NCBI GenBank assembly: GCA_964549935.1 | Contig: CAZJVT010000001.1 | Span: forward strand, 27,922 to 91,921 | Length of the DNA: 64,000 nt | Reading direction: 5' to 3' | From: an uncultured Candidatus Saccharibacteria bacterium | GTDB taxonomy: Bacteria > Patescibacteriota > Minisyncoccia > UBA6257 > 1-14-0-10-44-23 | Part shown: one piece after another, positions 48,726 through 57,837 of the stretch | How the letters are laid out: each line of letters begins with the position of its first letter | Numbering within the stretch: the first letter of the stretch is position 1 | Program-made: the position numbers and the translations under genes | The notes under the pieces: generated by a model | Database searches by the model: none | Seen by the model: the letters and a program-made list of their open reading frames with translations, nothing else | Told to the model about the DNA's origin: nothing

Positions 48726-49405
48726 CGTTTAAACTGTTTGACGACACCAAGAGGGAATCGCTGATTGGAGAGAGCATCTTCGGCGAGTTGGCGGGCAACC
48801 CAGTTGCGGAAAGCTCCATCCTGGATGAGCTTTTGCAATTCTTCACGGGAGACCCAGGCGAGCGAGACGGTTTCTTTGGTAGGGCGCTGGATTTGGTTAA
48901 CGTCTTTTAAGATGCCAGAGAAGTTAAAGCGCACGGTGATACGGTCTTTTTTGCGGTCGTTGCTGTTGTTTTTAGTACGGTAGTAATAAACACTGACGAC
49001 GTGCTTAAGTTCGGCCTCATAACCGGTTTCTTCGACGACCTCACGGCGGGCGGTCTGTTCGATCATTTCGTCCAGGTGTGCTTTACCGGAAGGGAAGTTA
49101 TAGGAGGCCTTGCCGTCAGTGAGCTCTTTGATGACTAAAAACTCGGTCTTCTGTCCCGGGCCGGTTTCGCCACTTTGCCCCGCCTTCTGGGCTGCACCTT
49201 GTCGCACAGATTCACCAGGCCCTACGGGCCTTGCTGAATCTGCTTGACTTCGGTTCGCCGCAGAATGCGAGTCAAATTGATCAAAAGCGCCCGAGGCAGA
49301 AGGCCGTTCGCGCTCCAAAACGACTCCGGCGCTGATGTTAACGACGTTGGCATGGGCTAAGATTGAGGCTTTGTCGGTTGCTCCGCGCATATGGTAAGTA
49401 TACAA
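48722..49405 (-). CDS. NUDIX hydrolase with ~50-aa GC-rich low-complexity insertion
   Basis: NUDIX box SGKAHLDEMIEQTARREVVEETG. Stop codons of the two convergent NUDIX genes overlap (CTAA). Confidence 0.65.
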   Translation of the reverse strand: MYTYHMRGATDKASILAHANVVNISAGVVLERERPSASGAFDQFDSHSAANRSQADSARPVGPGESVRQGAAQKAGQSGETGPGQKTEFLVIKELTDGKASYNFPSGKAHLDEMIEQTARREVVEETGYEAELKHVVSVYYYRTKNNSNDRKKDRITVRFNFSGILKDVNQIQRPTKETVSLAWVSREELQKLIQDGAFRNWVARQLAEDALSNQRFPLGVVKQFKR

Positions 49406-49407
49406 GC

Positions 49408-49436
49408 AAAAAGCCCTTATGGGGCTTTTTGCATTT
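49408..49436 (-). terminator. rho-independent terminator after rplT
   Basis: aaaaagcccTTATggggcttttt. Confidence 0.6.
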
Positions 49437-49439
49437 TAA

Positions 49440-49784
49440 CTATTTAACTTTGGCGATAATCTGGTTGAAGATTGCTGGCTGGTGCTCGGCGAGGTCAGCG
49501 AGAATCTTGCGGTCGAGCTTTACATTGGCCTTACTAAGCGCGTGGATGAGCTTGCTGTAGCTGATACCCTGTTCCTTAGAGGCGATACCTATTTTGGTGT
49601 TGTACAAAGCACGGAAGTCGCGCTTTTTCTCTTTGCGACCGGTGAAGGCGTTGGTCCAGGCGTGGAGAAGAGCTTCTTTGGCTGCGCGCTCTTTGTTTTT
49701 GCGGCCCCACTTAAAACCCTTGGTGTATTTAAGGATTTTTTTACGCTTCTGGGTTGCGCTTGAGCCTCGTTTTACGCGTGACAT
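49440..49784 (-). CDS. rplT: 50S ribosomal protein L20
   Basis: MSRVKRGSSATQKRKKIL... Confidence 0.9.
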   Translation of the reverse strand: MSRVKRGSSATQKRKKILKYTKGFKWGRKNKERAAKEALLHAWTNAFTGRKEKKRDFRALYNTKIGIASKEQGISYSKLIHALSKANVKLDRKILADLAEHQPAIFNQIIAKVK

Positions 49785-49790
49785 AGTAGT

Positions 49791-50012
49791 TTAGTTAGCT
49801 TTGTTAGGGCGAGCTGCCTTGTTGAGGTGCAGCGTGCGGAACATTTCCTGGGTAATCAAACGGACGTCGGCTTTATGAATAACACCGTCGTGACCGATGC
49901 GGCGCTGCTGATTGGAACCCTTACGAGTACCATTGTGGCCCGATCCCATGTGACGGCGGACAATTTTGCCGTTTTTGGTGATTCGGAGGCGTTTTGTGAC
50001 TGACTTTTTCAT
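49791..50012 (-). CDS. rpmI: 50S ribosomal protein L35
   Basis: Small basic protein lying between infC and rplT. Confidence 0.8.
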   Translation of the reverse strand: MKKSVTKRLRITKNGKIVRRHMGSGHNGTRKGSNQQRRIGHDGVIHKADVRLITQEMFRTLHLNKAARPNKAN

Positions 50013-50075
50013 ATGAAACGAATGGGTACTATTCTAGCAGAAGCGTAAAAAAAGCGCAAATGCTATGAGTAGCGG

Positions 50076-50588
50076 TTACTTTTTTGCGATTACAATCATC
50101 AGTCCGCCACGGCCGCCCGGGCCGATAGGACCCATCGGCTTGTAGGGGACGGTGATCATACCTAAAAACTCGTTGAGCTTGCCGCGCGCAAATTGCATGT
50201 TGCCTTTTTCGCGTCCGCGCAGCTGCATTAAAATTTCAACGGGGTGACCCTCACCGAGAAAGTCGACGATGCGGCCGATTTTCATTTGCAAGTCGTTTTT
50301 CTGTTCGCGCACACTGATTTGGATCTGCTTACTGCCACCAACTGCGCGTTGGGCGGCACGGCGCTTTTTTTCCATTTTCTCCTGCTGGTAGCGGAACTTG
50401 TCGTAGGCGATGATTTTGGTGATCGGCGGCACAGCCACTTCGTTGATAGCGACTAGGTCCATTCCTTTTTCCTTTGCAAGCTTGAGAGCGTCGCCGAGCT
50501 TCATTACGCCCAGATTTTCATCGAGTTCGTCAATGACGCGTACCTCCGGCGCGGTGATTTGGTGATTGATTTTGTGGGCGGGAATCAT
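50076..50588 (-). CDS. infC: translation initiation factor IF-3
   Basis: INHQITAPEVRVIDE...MDLVAI...KYQQ motifs and infC-rpmI-rplT operon order. Confidence 0.85.
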   Translation of the reverse strand: MIPAHKINHQITAPEVRVIDELDENLGVMKLGDALKLAKEKGMDLVAINEVAVPPITKIIAYDKFRYQQEKMEKKRRAAQRAVGGSKQIQISVREQKNDLQMKIGRIVDFLGEGHPVEILMQLRGREKGNMQFARGKLNEFLGMITVPYKPMGPIGPGGRGGLMIVIAKK

Positions 50589-50711
50589 TTAATGAAGAGT
50601 TTAGCAGGAAATTCGCCTTAAATCAATTGTTTGTGATAAAAAACAGAGAGCCGCCACACCGTAGTGTGAGCGCGTGGCGCTCTCCGGTGTAGCGGCGGTG
50701 TGCGAGAAGTG

Positions 50712-51176
50712 TCACACGGGGATCAGTCGCGCGATCATCCCGATGGTGACCGTGCCGGGTTGGATGACGCGGCAGGTGACACCGGCCCGCCAGTCGGGCC
50801 GCAGTGCCTTGAGCAAGCCAGGTACCTGTTCTTCCATCCGATCGCATGGCTTGGTCTCGCCGGTGATTTCGAGTACCACCCTAGACCCGATTTCGAGATG
50901 ACGACCGACGTGGGCCGGGCCGAAGGTGATGTTGCGCACCAGGAGATTGGCTCGGCGGGTCATCCAGCTCAGGTCGTGGTGGCCGATTTCTCGGCACGCC
51001 TGCTGCCAGCTCTCTTCCGAGAGGACAGTCACTTGGCGACTGGTCCTGAGGGTCCGGGCCCGATGATCACCTTCGAGGCCATGCGCATCGATGGCGACGC
51101 TGTTGAGCGCAATCATCGGGCCACGCTTCTCTCGGTGAGTTCCGATGCCGACCAGCGTCAGAGTTGCGATAGCCAT
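50712..51176 (-). CDS. MOSC-domain protein on GC-rich islet immediately downstream of tmRNA
   Basis: GDHRARTL...ETKPCDRM... MOSC-like motifs with a conserved Cys. GAGGT sits 8 nt before the ATG. The alternative start at 51200 cannot extend past the tmRNA 3' end at 51280. Confidence 0.5.
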   Translation of the reverse strand: MAIATLTLVGIGTHREKRGPMIALNSVAIDAHGLEGDHRARTLRTSRQVTVLSEESWQQACREIGHHDLSWMTRRANLLVRNITFGPAHVGRHLEIGSRVVLEITGETKPCDRMEEQVPGLLKALRPDWRAGVTCRVIQPGTVTIGMIARLIPV

Positions 51177-51279
51177 GTGTAGACCTCGAGTATGTGACAT
51201 TGCTTGCGAGTCGCTTGTCGAAGCGGTCGCAGCTGTAAAGAGCATTTCGCAAAGCTCCTTGCAGCTGCGACCTATTTGA

Positions 51280-51607
51280 GGTGGAGTTGGGGATATCGAA
51301 ATCCCGTCCAAAAGTTTCTGCAATAACAGTCTACAAGCTTAGGATCGAAACAAGTTCGAAGCGAATGAACTCTAAGTTTTAGTGATGCGCGTAGAGTTCA
51401 ATCGGCGCATCCTTATTCCCAGATATAACACCAGTATTCCGACTATGGGAAGTTATCGGACTGATGGCTTACGCTAGGCGTAGGCTAAAGCAAAATTGCT
51501 CTGACGAGTAAAGTTGGCAGTTTATGATTTTTGGATCAGATTTACGAGTTAATCCTGCTCGGCTTGCATGTTATTACAAAGAACGATTGTCGAAGCCTGG
51601 CAACCCC
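51280..51607 (-). ncRNA. ssrA: tmRNA (ssrA)
   Basis: Minus-strand 5' GGGGTTGCCAGGCTTCGACAATCG... and 3' ...GGACGGGATTTCGATATCCCCAACTCCACC. G3·U70 acceptor pair, T-arm GGATTTCGATATCC. Tag reading frame GCC AAC TTT ACT CGT CAG AGC AAT TTT GCT TTA GCC TAC GCC TAG at 51518-51474. Immediately downstream of smpB. Confidence 0.7.
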
Positions 51608-51608
51608 G

Positions 51609-52070
51609 TTAGCGCTCACCGCGCATCTCCCGGACATCCGCTTTCTTTTTAAGAACTTCGCGTTTGTCCGACTTCTTGCGGCGGCGGGCGATACCGAACA
51701 ATATCTTAATTCGGCTGCCTTTATTATAAACTTTTATAGGCACTATTGTCAACTTTTGGTGCAGGCCGTCTAAAATCTTCTCAATCTCGTTTTTATGCAG
51801 CAGGAGCTGTCGAGGGCGGTTTTGGTCGTAATCGGGCTGATTAGCGGGCTGGTAGGGCGGGATATCGGCTCCTACGAGGTAGGCAGAGCCACCACGGACC
51901 AGGATTTGGCTGCCGGCAATCGTGATGCGGCCGTTTTGGATAGACTTAACTTCCGGTCCGAGCAGCGCTAAACCGGCCTCGAAGGTGTCCATCATCTCGA
52001 AGTCAAAATTGGCGCGGCGATTTTCCGCGAAGGTCCCGGTTTTGAGTTGCTTCTTTTCCATATCCTTCAT
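51609..52070 (-). CDS. smpB: SsrA-binding protein SmpB
   Basis: ENRRANFDF...GSEVKSI...KLLLHK motifs. 153 aa. Confidence 0.85.
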   Translation of the reverse strand: MKDMEKKQLKTGTFAENRRANFDFEMMDTFEAGLALLGPEVKSIQNGRITIAGSQILVRGGSAYLVGADIPPYQPANQPDYDQNRPRQLLLHKNEIEKILDGLHQKLTIVPIKVYNKGSRIKILFGIARRRKKSDKREVLKKKADVREMRGER

Positions 52071-52107
52071 ATTATACGTGGATACTATAAAACGCTATAC
52101 TTGATAC

Positions 52108-53814
52108 ATGCAGGAGTTACTCCAAAAGAAAATTGCTGAAACGCTTGGCGTGCCGCTTGAGCAGGTGAGTATCACCGTGCCGGAGATCGCCGAGTTCGGG
52201 CACTACTCGACTAACGTCGCGATGCGCTTAGCCAAAGATGCTAAAAAGCCGCCGCTTGTTTTAGCCGAGGAGTTTGCGCAAAAGCTGAAGGCTTCAGCTC
52301 CGGAGATGTTCGCAGATGTAAAAGCCGTGAAGCCGGGTTTTATTAATTTTTGGATTTCAGAAAAGTTTTTGCAGGAGCAGTTCGAAAAAACGCTTCACGC
52401 TTCACGCTCAACGCTACACGCGGGAGAGAAAGTCATCGTCGAGTACGCCTCGTGCAACATCGCTAAGCCGATGCACGTCGGCCATCTGCGTTCGACCATT
52501 ATCGGCGACGCCCTTGCGAATATTCACGCCTACCTGGGTTACGACGTTATCCGCTGGAACTACATCGGCGACTGGGGGACGCAGTTTGGAAAGTTAATAA
52601 CGGCTTACAAGCTCTGGGGTAAAAAAGAAGATATCGAAAAAGATCCGATTGGCGCAATGCTGGAGCTCTATGTCCGTGTCAGCGCAGAGGCGAAGGAGAA
52701 TCCTGCCTTAGACGAGCAGGCGCGAGCCGAGTTTAAAAAGCTGGAGGAGGGCGACGCCGAAAACCGCAAGCTGCTGGAGTGGTTTAAGGCCGAGTCGCTG
52801 GTTGCGTTTAACACACTCTTTGCCCGTCTGGGCGTGAAGTTTGATATTGAGTACGGAGAGGCGTTTTACGAAAAGGCCCTAGCCGGTGTTAATGCCGAAC
52901 TTGCAGAGAAGAAGCTTTCGGAGCAGAGCGAAGGAGCGGTCATCGTGAACTTAGACAAGTTTAAATTGCCGCCGGCGCTCGTCCAGAAAGGGGACGGAGC
53001 CAGTTTGTATCTCACGCGTGACATCGCCAATCTTGAGTATCGCTTAAAGGAATACAAGCCGGCCAAGATTTTACTCGTCGTCGCTAATCAGCAGGCACTT
53101 CACTTCGAACAGCTCTTTGCCGTCGCGCAGCTGCTTGGACTCACAGGCTCTGAATTGCAGCACGTGAAGTTTGGTATGGTGCTTGGCCCGGACGGTAAGA
53201 AGTTTGCGACTCGCGAAGGGAAGTTGATTAAGCTCGAGGAGCTGCTTGATGAGGTCACGGCGAAGGCGATGGCGGTTGTGTCGCGCAACAACGTGGAGAT
53301 GCCCGCTGATCAGGCCAAGGCTATCGCAGAGATGGTTGGCATCGGCGCGCTCAAATACAATGACTTAAAAGAAAATCGTAACTCGGACATCACTTTCAAC
53401 TGGGAGGCGATGCTGGATTTGCATGGCGACTCTGCACCGTATTTGCAGTATGCCGCGGTGCGGTTTATGAGTATCGTTAAAAAAGTTGAAGAAAAGTGGG
53501 GAGCATCTCAAGGCGGAAAGCAAGCAATTTGGTTTGAGTGGTTAGATGATGACCTAAAATTTGGGTTGATGAAAAAAATCCTGGATTTCAATGACGTCGT
53601 CGTGTTGAGCGCATCAACTTATTACACAAGTCATCTTGCGAAGTATCTGTTTGAGCTCGCGAAACTCGGTAATCAGTATTATGAGAAATACCGAATTCTT
53701 GAAGATCAAGAGCAGGGTCGTCGTGGAGGCCGAGTTGAGCTTCTTAGGTCAGTAGCCAAGACGATTGAAACCGGCTTGAACCTGTTGGGGATTAAGGTGC
53801 CGGAGCGGATTTGA
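52108..53814 (+). CDS. argS: arginine--tRNA ligase
   Basis: Class I HIGH variant SCNIAKPMHVGHLRSTIIGD and a C-terminal DALR anticodon-binding region. 568 aa. Confidence 0.85.
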   Translation: MQELLQKKIAETLGVPLEQVSITVPEIAEFGHYSTNVAMRLAKDAKKPPLVLAEEFAQKLKASAPEMFADVKAVKPGFINFWISEKFLQEQFEKTLHASRSTLHAGEKVIVEYASCNIAKPMHVGHLRSTIIGDALANIHAYLGYDVIRWNYIGDWGTQFGKLITAYKLWGKKEDIEKDPIGAMLELYVRVSAEAKENPALDEQARAEFKKLEEGDAENRKLLEWFKAESLVAFNTLFARLGVKFDIEYGEAFYEKALAGVNAELAEKKLSEQSEGAVIVNLDKFKLPPALVQKGDGASLYLTRDIANLEYRLKEYKPAKILLVVANQQALHFEQLFAVAQLLGLTGSELQHVKFGMVLGPDGKKFATREGKLIKLEELLDEVTAKAMAVVSRNNVEMPADQAKAIAEMVGIGALKYNDLKENRNSDITFNWEAMLDLHGDSAPYLQYAAVRFMSIVKKVEEKWGASQGGKQAIWFEWLDDDLKFGLMKKILDFNDVVVLSASTYYTSHLAKYLFELAKLGNQYYEKYRILEDQEQGRRGGRVELLRSVAKTIETGLNLLGIKVPERI

Positions 53815-53899
53815 TTCCTGTTCGGTTTTTTGCTATAGTCTCTTTATATATAACGGTCACGCTGTCTGATATACAGCTAGCCGGCTACTCTTTGGAGAT

Positions 53900-53932
53900 G
53901 CCGCCAGCTGATTGGGCGGCAATTTTATTTCT
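53900..53932 (+). terminator. hairpin + U-run between argS and ileS (terminator/attenuator-like)
   Basis: gccgccAGCTGATTGggcggc followed by aattttatttct directly before the ileS ATG. Confidence 0.35.
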
Positions 53933-56900
53933 ATGTTAAAAAATCTAAAGGAGTTCAAGTTGCCGGAGATAGAGGAGCAGGTGCTTAAGTTTTGGCAGGA
54001 GCACTCGATTTTTAAGCAGACGCTCGCGAAGAATAAAGGTAAAAAGAAGTACGTTTTCTTTGAGGGCCCGCCGACGGCTAACGGTATGCCGGGCATCCAC
54101 CACCAGCTCGCGCGTAGTTTTAAGGACATCATGCCGCGCTTTAAGGCGATGCAGGGTTACGACGTGCCGCGTAAGGCCGGTTGGGACACGCACGGTCTGC
54201 CGGTGGAGCTGCAGGCCGAGAAGGAGCTTGGGTTTAAAGGTAAGCAGGATATCGAAAAGTTTGGTATCGCCGAGTTTAATGCAAAGTGTAAGGAGCTTGT
54301 TTGGAAGTACCGCAGCGAGTTTGAAGGGGCGACGAATCGCCTCGGTTTTTGGCTCGACCTCGAGCACCCGTACGTAACTTACGAAAACAGCTTCATCGAG
54401 TCACTTTGGTGGGTCTACGCCCGCATCAACAAGCAGGGCTACTTAAAGAAGATGCACAAGATCCTGCCGTGGTGCACCCGCTGCGGTACTGCCTTGTCCT
54501 CGCACGAGTTGGCGCAGGGTTATAAAGAGGTGGAAGACGCTTCGGTGTATGTGAAGTTTAAAGTAAAGAAGGGACAGAAAATAGGTTCGTTTAAAGCGGA
54601 CGACAAAACATACATCTTAAGCTGGACGACCACGCCGTGGACATTACCGGGCAACTTGGCGCTCGCGGTTGGGGAGAAGATCGAATACGGCGCCGTTGAG
54701 GTTTCCGGCGAGCTCTTGATTCTCGCATCCGCTCGTTTCCCTAGCGTATTTCCCGATCCGGCGCTCTACGTTCTACGCTCTACGCTTAACGGATCCGACC
54801 TCGTCGGTCTCGAGTACGCTTCGCTCTTTGACGTGAAGTCGCTTAAGAGTAAGAAGTCTTACCACGTCTACCCGGCTGATTTCGTTACGACGACGGACGG
54901 TACCGGCGTGGTGCACACCGCCGTCATGTACGGTGAAGATGACTACGCACTGGGCAAAAAGATCGGCCTGCCGCAACACCACACCGTCGCTGAAACCGGA
55001 CACTTTACCAAAGAGGTGAAAGGCCTCGCCGGGGCGTACGCAAAATCCAAGACGACTGAAGAAAAGATTTTCGAACACCTTAAGGCTAAAAACTTCCTGC
55101 TGCGCACGGAGCCTTACAAGCACGAGTACCCGCACTGTTGGCGCTGCGGTACGCCCGTACTTTACTACGCGCGTGACTCTTGGTTTATCGAGATGAGTAA
55201 GCTGCGCAGCCAGCTGCTTAAGAACAACGACACGATTAACTGGACACCGTCGCACATTAAAGAGGGGAGATTCGGTGAGTGGCTCCGCGAGGTTAAGGAC
55301 TGGTCCATTAGCCGTGACCGCTACTGGGGCACCCCGCTGCCTATCTGGCAGAGTAAGGACGGCAAGCAGACGATGGTTGTTTCGAGTTTGGCGGACTTTA
55401 AAAAGTACGGGCACCACAGCGGCAACCGTTACTTCGGCATGCGCCACGGAGAGGCGACGCACAATTTGGTTAAGAAAAACGCCGGCGGCAAAGAAACTGC
55501 CGCGCTCCGTTCAGAGCTAACACCGAAGGGGATTATGGAGGCGCAGGCAGCGGCAAAGGCACTGAAGAAAAACAAGATCGACGTCATCATTGCCTCGCCG
55601 TATTACCGCACGCAGCAAACAGCGGCAATCGTTGCCAAGGAACTCAAAAAGAAAGTTGTATACGACAAGCGTCTTGGCGAGATTAATACCGGCATCTTTA
55701 ACTGGCAATCAATGGAGGCTTACTACGCCTGGTTCCCTAATAAGAAAGATCGCTGGGCGACTGCTCCGGAGAAGGCTGAAAATTGGAATGCAGTTCGTGC
55801 TCGTGTCGTTGAGGCGATGCGGAGCTTCGACAAGAAGTATAAGAATAAAAACATTCTCATCATTAGCCATGGAGATCCGCTCTGGATTTTAGATGGAGCG
55901 ATGCGCGGCTTTGCCGACCATGAGTACGTCGAAGAGGCATTTTACCCGGAGATCGCGACTCCCTTTGAGCTCGAACCGCCAGTATTGCCGTTTGATGATG
56001 GAGGGAGGATGGACCTGCACCGGCCGTATGTCGACCGCATTGTTTTGCGCGATCCGAAGACGAAAAAAGAGCTGCACCGCGTTAAAGACGTCGGCGATGT
56101 TTGGTTTGACTCGGGCGCGATGCCGTATGCTTCGCACAACTTCCCGTTTGCCCAGGGAGTAAAGCGTGAGGACGCGCAGAACGACAAGGCGGTCGCCGAG
56201 GCCTTTAAAAAGATTGATTTTCCGGCGGATTATATCGCGGAAGGCGTAGACCAGACCCGCGGTTGGTTTTACACCCTGCTGGCTATCTCGACCACGCTCG
56301 GACTGCCGGCCGCTTACAAAAATGTCATCTCTGTCGGCATCATTGGCGACAAGAACGGGCAGAAGATGAGTAAGAGTAAAGGTAACATTGTCGATCCGAT
56401 GATGATTATGAATAAGTACGGCGCCGATGTGCTGCGTTGGTACTTCTACACGGTCAACGACGCCGGTGATGCGAAAAACTTCGACGAGGCCGACCTCGGC
56501 AAAGTTACGCGTCGCTTCGTCATGATTCTATATAACTCTTTCTTGTTCTGGAGCTCGTATGCAAAGGGAGGCACCGCTAAAGACGCTTACAAGTCCGAAA
56601 ACGTTTTGGACAAGTGGATTTTGGCGCGGCTGCACGAGGTCATCGCCGAGGTGACGCGCATGCTCAACCGTTACGAGATTGGCAAGGCGGCGCTCCTGAT
56701 TGAGCAGTTTACCGATGACATGAGCCGTTGGTACATCCGCCGCAGCCGCGACCGATTCCAGAGCAACGCCCGCGGGGGAGACAACGAGGCGGACTTCTTG
56801 TCGGGCAGCGCGACGCTCCACGAGGTCCTAATGCAGCTTTCCAAGCTCTTGGCGCCCTTTATGCCGTTTTTCAGCGACGCGCTGTATAAGTCACTTGGCG

Positions 56901-57463
56901 GGCAGCAGGATTCAGTACACCTAGAGGAGTTTCCGGTGGGCGACGCGACGGTGGCAAACGCCGATCTGATCAGCGGTATGGCCAAGGTGCGCGCCGCTGC
57001 AGGAGCTGCTTTAGCTGCTCGTACCGAAGTCGGTATTAAGGTCAGGCAGCCATTGCTCAGCTGGAAAATGAAAGACATTAGTTTGCAGGGGCAGGAGCAA
57101 CTTATAGCTATTCTAAAAGACGAAATCAACGTTAAAGAGATATTATTTGATTCTTCTCTTGCTGTGGACAATGAGCTCAACGCGACAATTACGCAGCAGC
57201 TTAAAGAGGAGGGCACTGTGCGTGAGTTAGTTCGTGCGATTCAAGGTCTGCGCGCGGAAGCCGGGTACGCGATGGGCGACAGCATTGTACTGATGCTTGC
57301 CGGCAGTCAGGAGTTTAGTGATCTTATCCAGCGCCACTCGGTGAACTTAAAAAAGTCAGTGAATGCTAAGACGATTGAATTAAAGAAAGGGGAGAAGGTG
57401 GACGTGCAGCTGGATACAAAAGTTGAGGAGTCTCCGGTTTGGATTGGTTTGCGGAAGATTTAA
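53933..57463 (+). CDS. ileS: isoleucine--tRNA ligase (type 2) with inserted histidine-phosphatase (PGAM-like) domain
   Basis: PPTANGMPGIHH (HIGH), KMSKSKGN, editing domain and a DVWFDSGAMPYAS motif. A ~200-aa RHGE...ISHGD histidine-phosphatase domain is inserted at ~55411-56012, between WQSKDGK and DLHRPYVD. Confidence 0.85.
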   Translation: MLKNLKEFKLPEIEEQVLKFWQEHSIFKQTLAKNKGKKKYVFFEGPPTANGMPGIHHQLARSFKDIMPRFKAMQGYDVPRKAGWDTHGLPVELQAEKELGFKGKQDIEKFGIAEFNAKCKELVWKYRSEFEGATNRLGFWLDLEHPYVTYENSFIESLWWVYARINKQGYLKKMHKILPWCTRCGTALSSHELAQGYKEVEDASVYVKFKVKKGQKIGSFKADDKTYILSWTTTPWTLPGNLALAVGEKIEYGAVEVSGELLILASARFPSVFPDPALYVLRSTLNGSDLVGLEYASLFDVKSLKSKKSYHVYPADFVTTTDGTGVVHTAVMYGEDDYALGKKIGLPQHHTVAETGHFTKEVKGLAGAYAKSKTTEEKIFEHLKAKNFLLRTEPYKHEYPHCWRCGTPVLYYARDSWFIEMSKLRSQLLKNNDTINWTPSHIKEGRFGEWLREVKDWSISRDRYWGTPLPIWQSKDGKQTMVVSSLADFKKYGHHSGNRYFGMRHGEATHNLVKKNAGGKETAALRSELTPKGIMEAQAAAKALKKNKIDVIIASPYYRTQQTAAIVAKELKKKVVYDKRLGEINTGIFNWQSMEAYYAWFPNKKDRWATAPEKAENWNAVRARVVEAMRSFDKKYKNKNILIISHGDPLWILDGAMRGFADHEYVEEAFYPEIATPFELEPPVLPFDDGGRMDLHRPYVDRIVLRDPKTKKELHRVKDVGDVWFDSGAMPYASHNFPFAQGVKREDAQNDKAVAEAFKKIDFPADYIAEGVDQTRGWFYTLLAISTTLGLPAAYKNVISVGIIGDKNGQKMSKSKGNIVDPMMIMNKYGADVLRWYFYTVNDAGDAKNFDEADLGKVTRRFVMILYNSFLFWSSYAKGGTAKDAYKSENVLDKWILARLHEVIAEVTRMLNRYEIGKAALLIEQFTDDMSRWYIRRSRDRFQSNARGGDNEADFLSGSATLHEVLMQLSKLLAPFMPFFSDALYKSLGGQQDSVHLEEFPVGDATVANADLISGMAKVRAAAGAALAARTEVGIKVRQPLLSWKMKDISLQGQEQLIAILKDEINVKEILFDSSLAVDNELNATITQQLKEEGTVRELVRAIQGLRAEAGYAMGDSIVLMLAGSQEFSDLIQRHSVNLKKSVNAKTIELKKGEKVDVQLDTKVEESPVWIGLRKI

Positions 57464-57500
57464 AAAGGTGAGACCCCGGCCGGAGCCAGGGTCTCGTACC
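57464..57500. terminator. bidirectional terminator
   Basis: gagaccc-cggccggagcca-gggtctc hairpin, with an A-run on the plus side and a T-run on the minus side. Confidence 0.5.
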
Positions 57501-57534
57501 TCTGGTCGGCGCGGGGTCGGCGCTAGGGGAAGCC

Positions 57535-57717
57535 TTAGCCGCCCGGCTTCTTCTTCGGCGGGGGCGGAAGGGGTTCGAAGTACCGGTCCTTGTGCGGCGT
57601 CCCCGTGGGAGTCGTGGAGAGATCGCCGAGATCGAGCCCAGCCGTCTTGATCGGCTTCTTGCTCTCCGCAGGCCAGGGGACTCCTGCGCCGTCTTCGGGG
57701 GAATTCGTGTGACCCAT
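57535..57717 (-). CDS. small hypothetical protein (60 aa) on GC-rich islet with strong SD
   Basis: AGGAGG sits 9 nt before the ATG. Sequence MGHTNSPEDGAGVPWPAE...PPPPKKKPGG. Very high GC3. Confidence 0.3.
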   Translation of the reverse strand: MGHTNSPEDGAGVPWPAESKKPIKTAGLDLGDLSTTPTGTPHKDRYFEPLPPPPKKKPGG

Positions 57718-57837
57718 GCTTCGATGCCTCCTGTCAGATTTGCTCCCTCCCCGAAACACTTCGGGGCACCAAAACAATTTGCCATAGCTATGCAAAATGT
57801 CAAACCCCGCAAAAGCGGGGTTTGAAGTTGAGGTCAG

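Noticed and set aside
50600-51280. Classical genomic island integrated at the tmRNA 3' end
   Set aside because: No integrase, and no direct repeat of the ssrA 3' end at the distal side. Reported as at most a compositional islet.
51531-51773. 80-aa plus-strand ORF
   Set aside because: Overlaps the tmRNA gene and smpB on the opposite strand.
53912-53932. TTG start for ileS given by the ORF track
   Set aside because: It lies inside the upstream hairpin and U-run. The ATG at 53933 sits right after that structure, so it was preferred.
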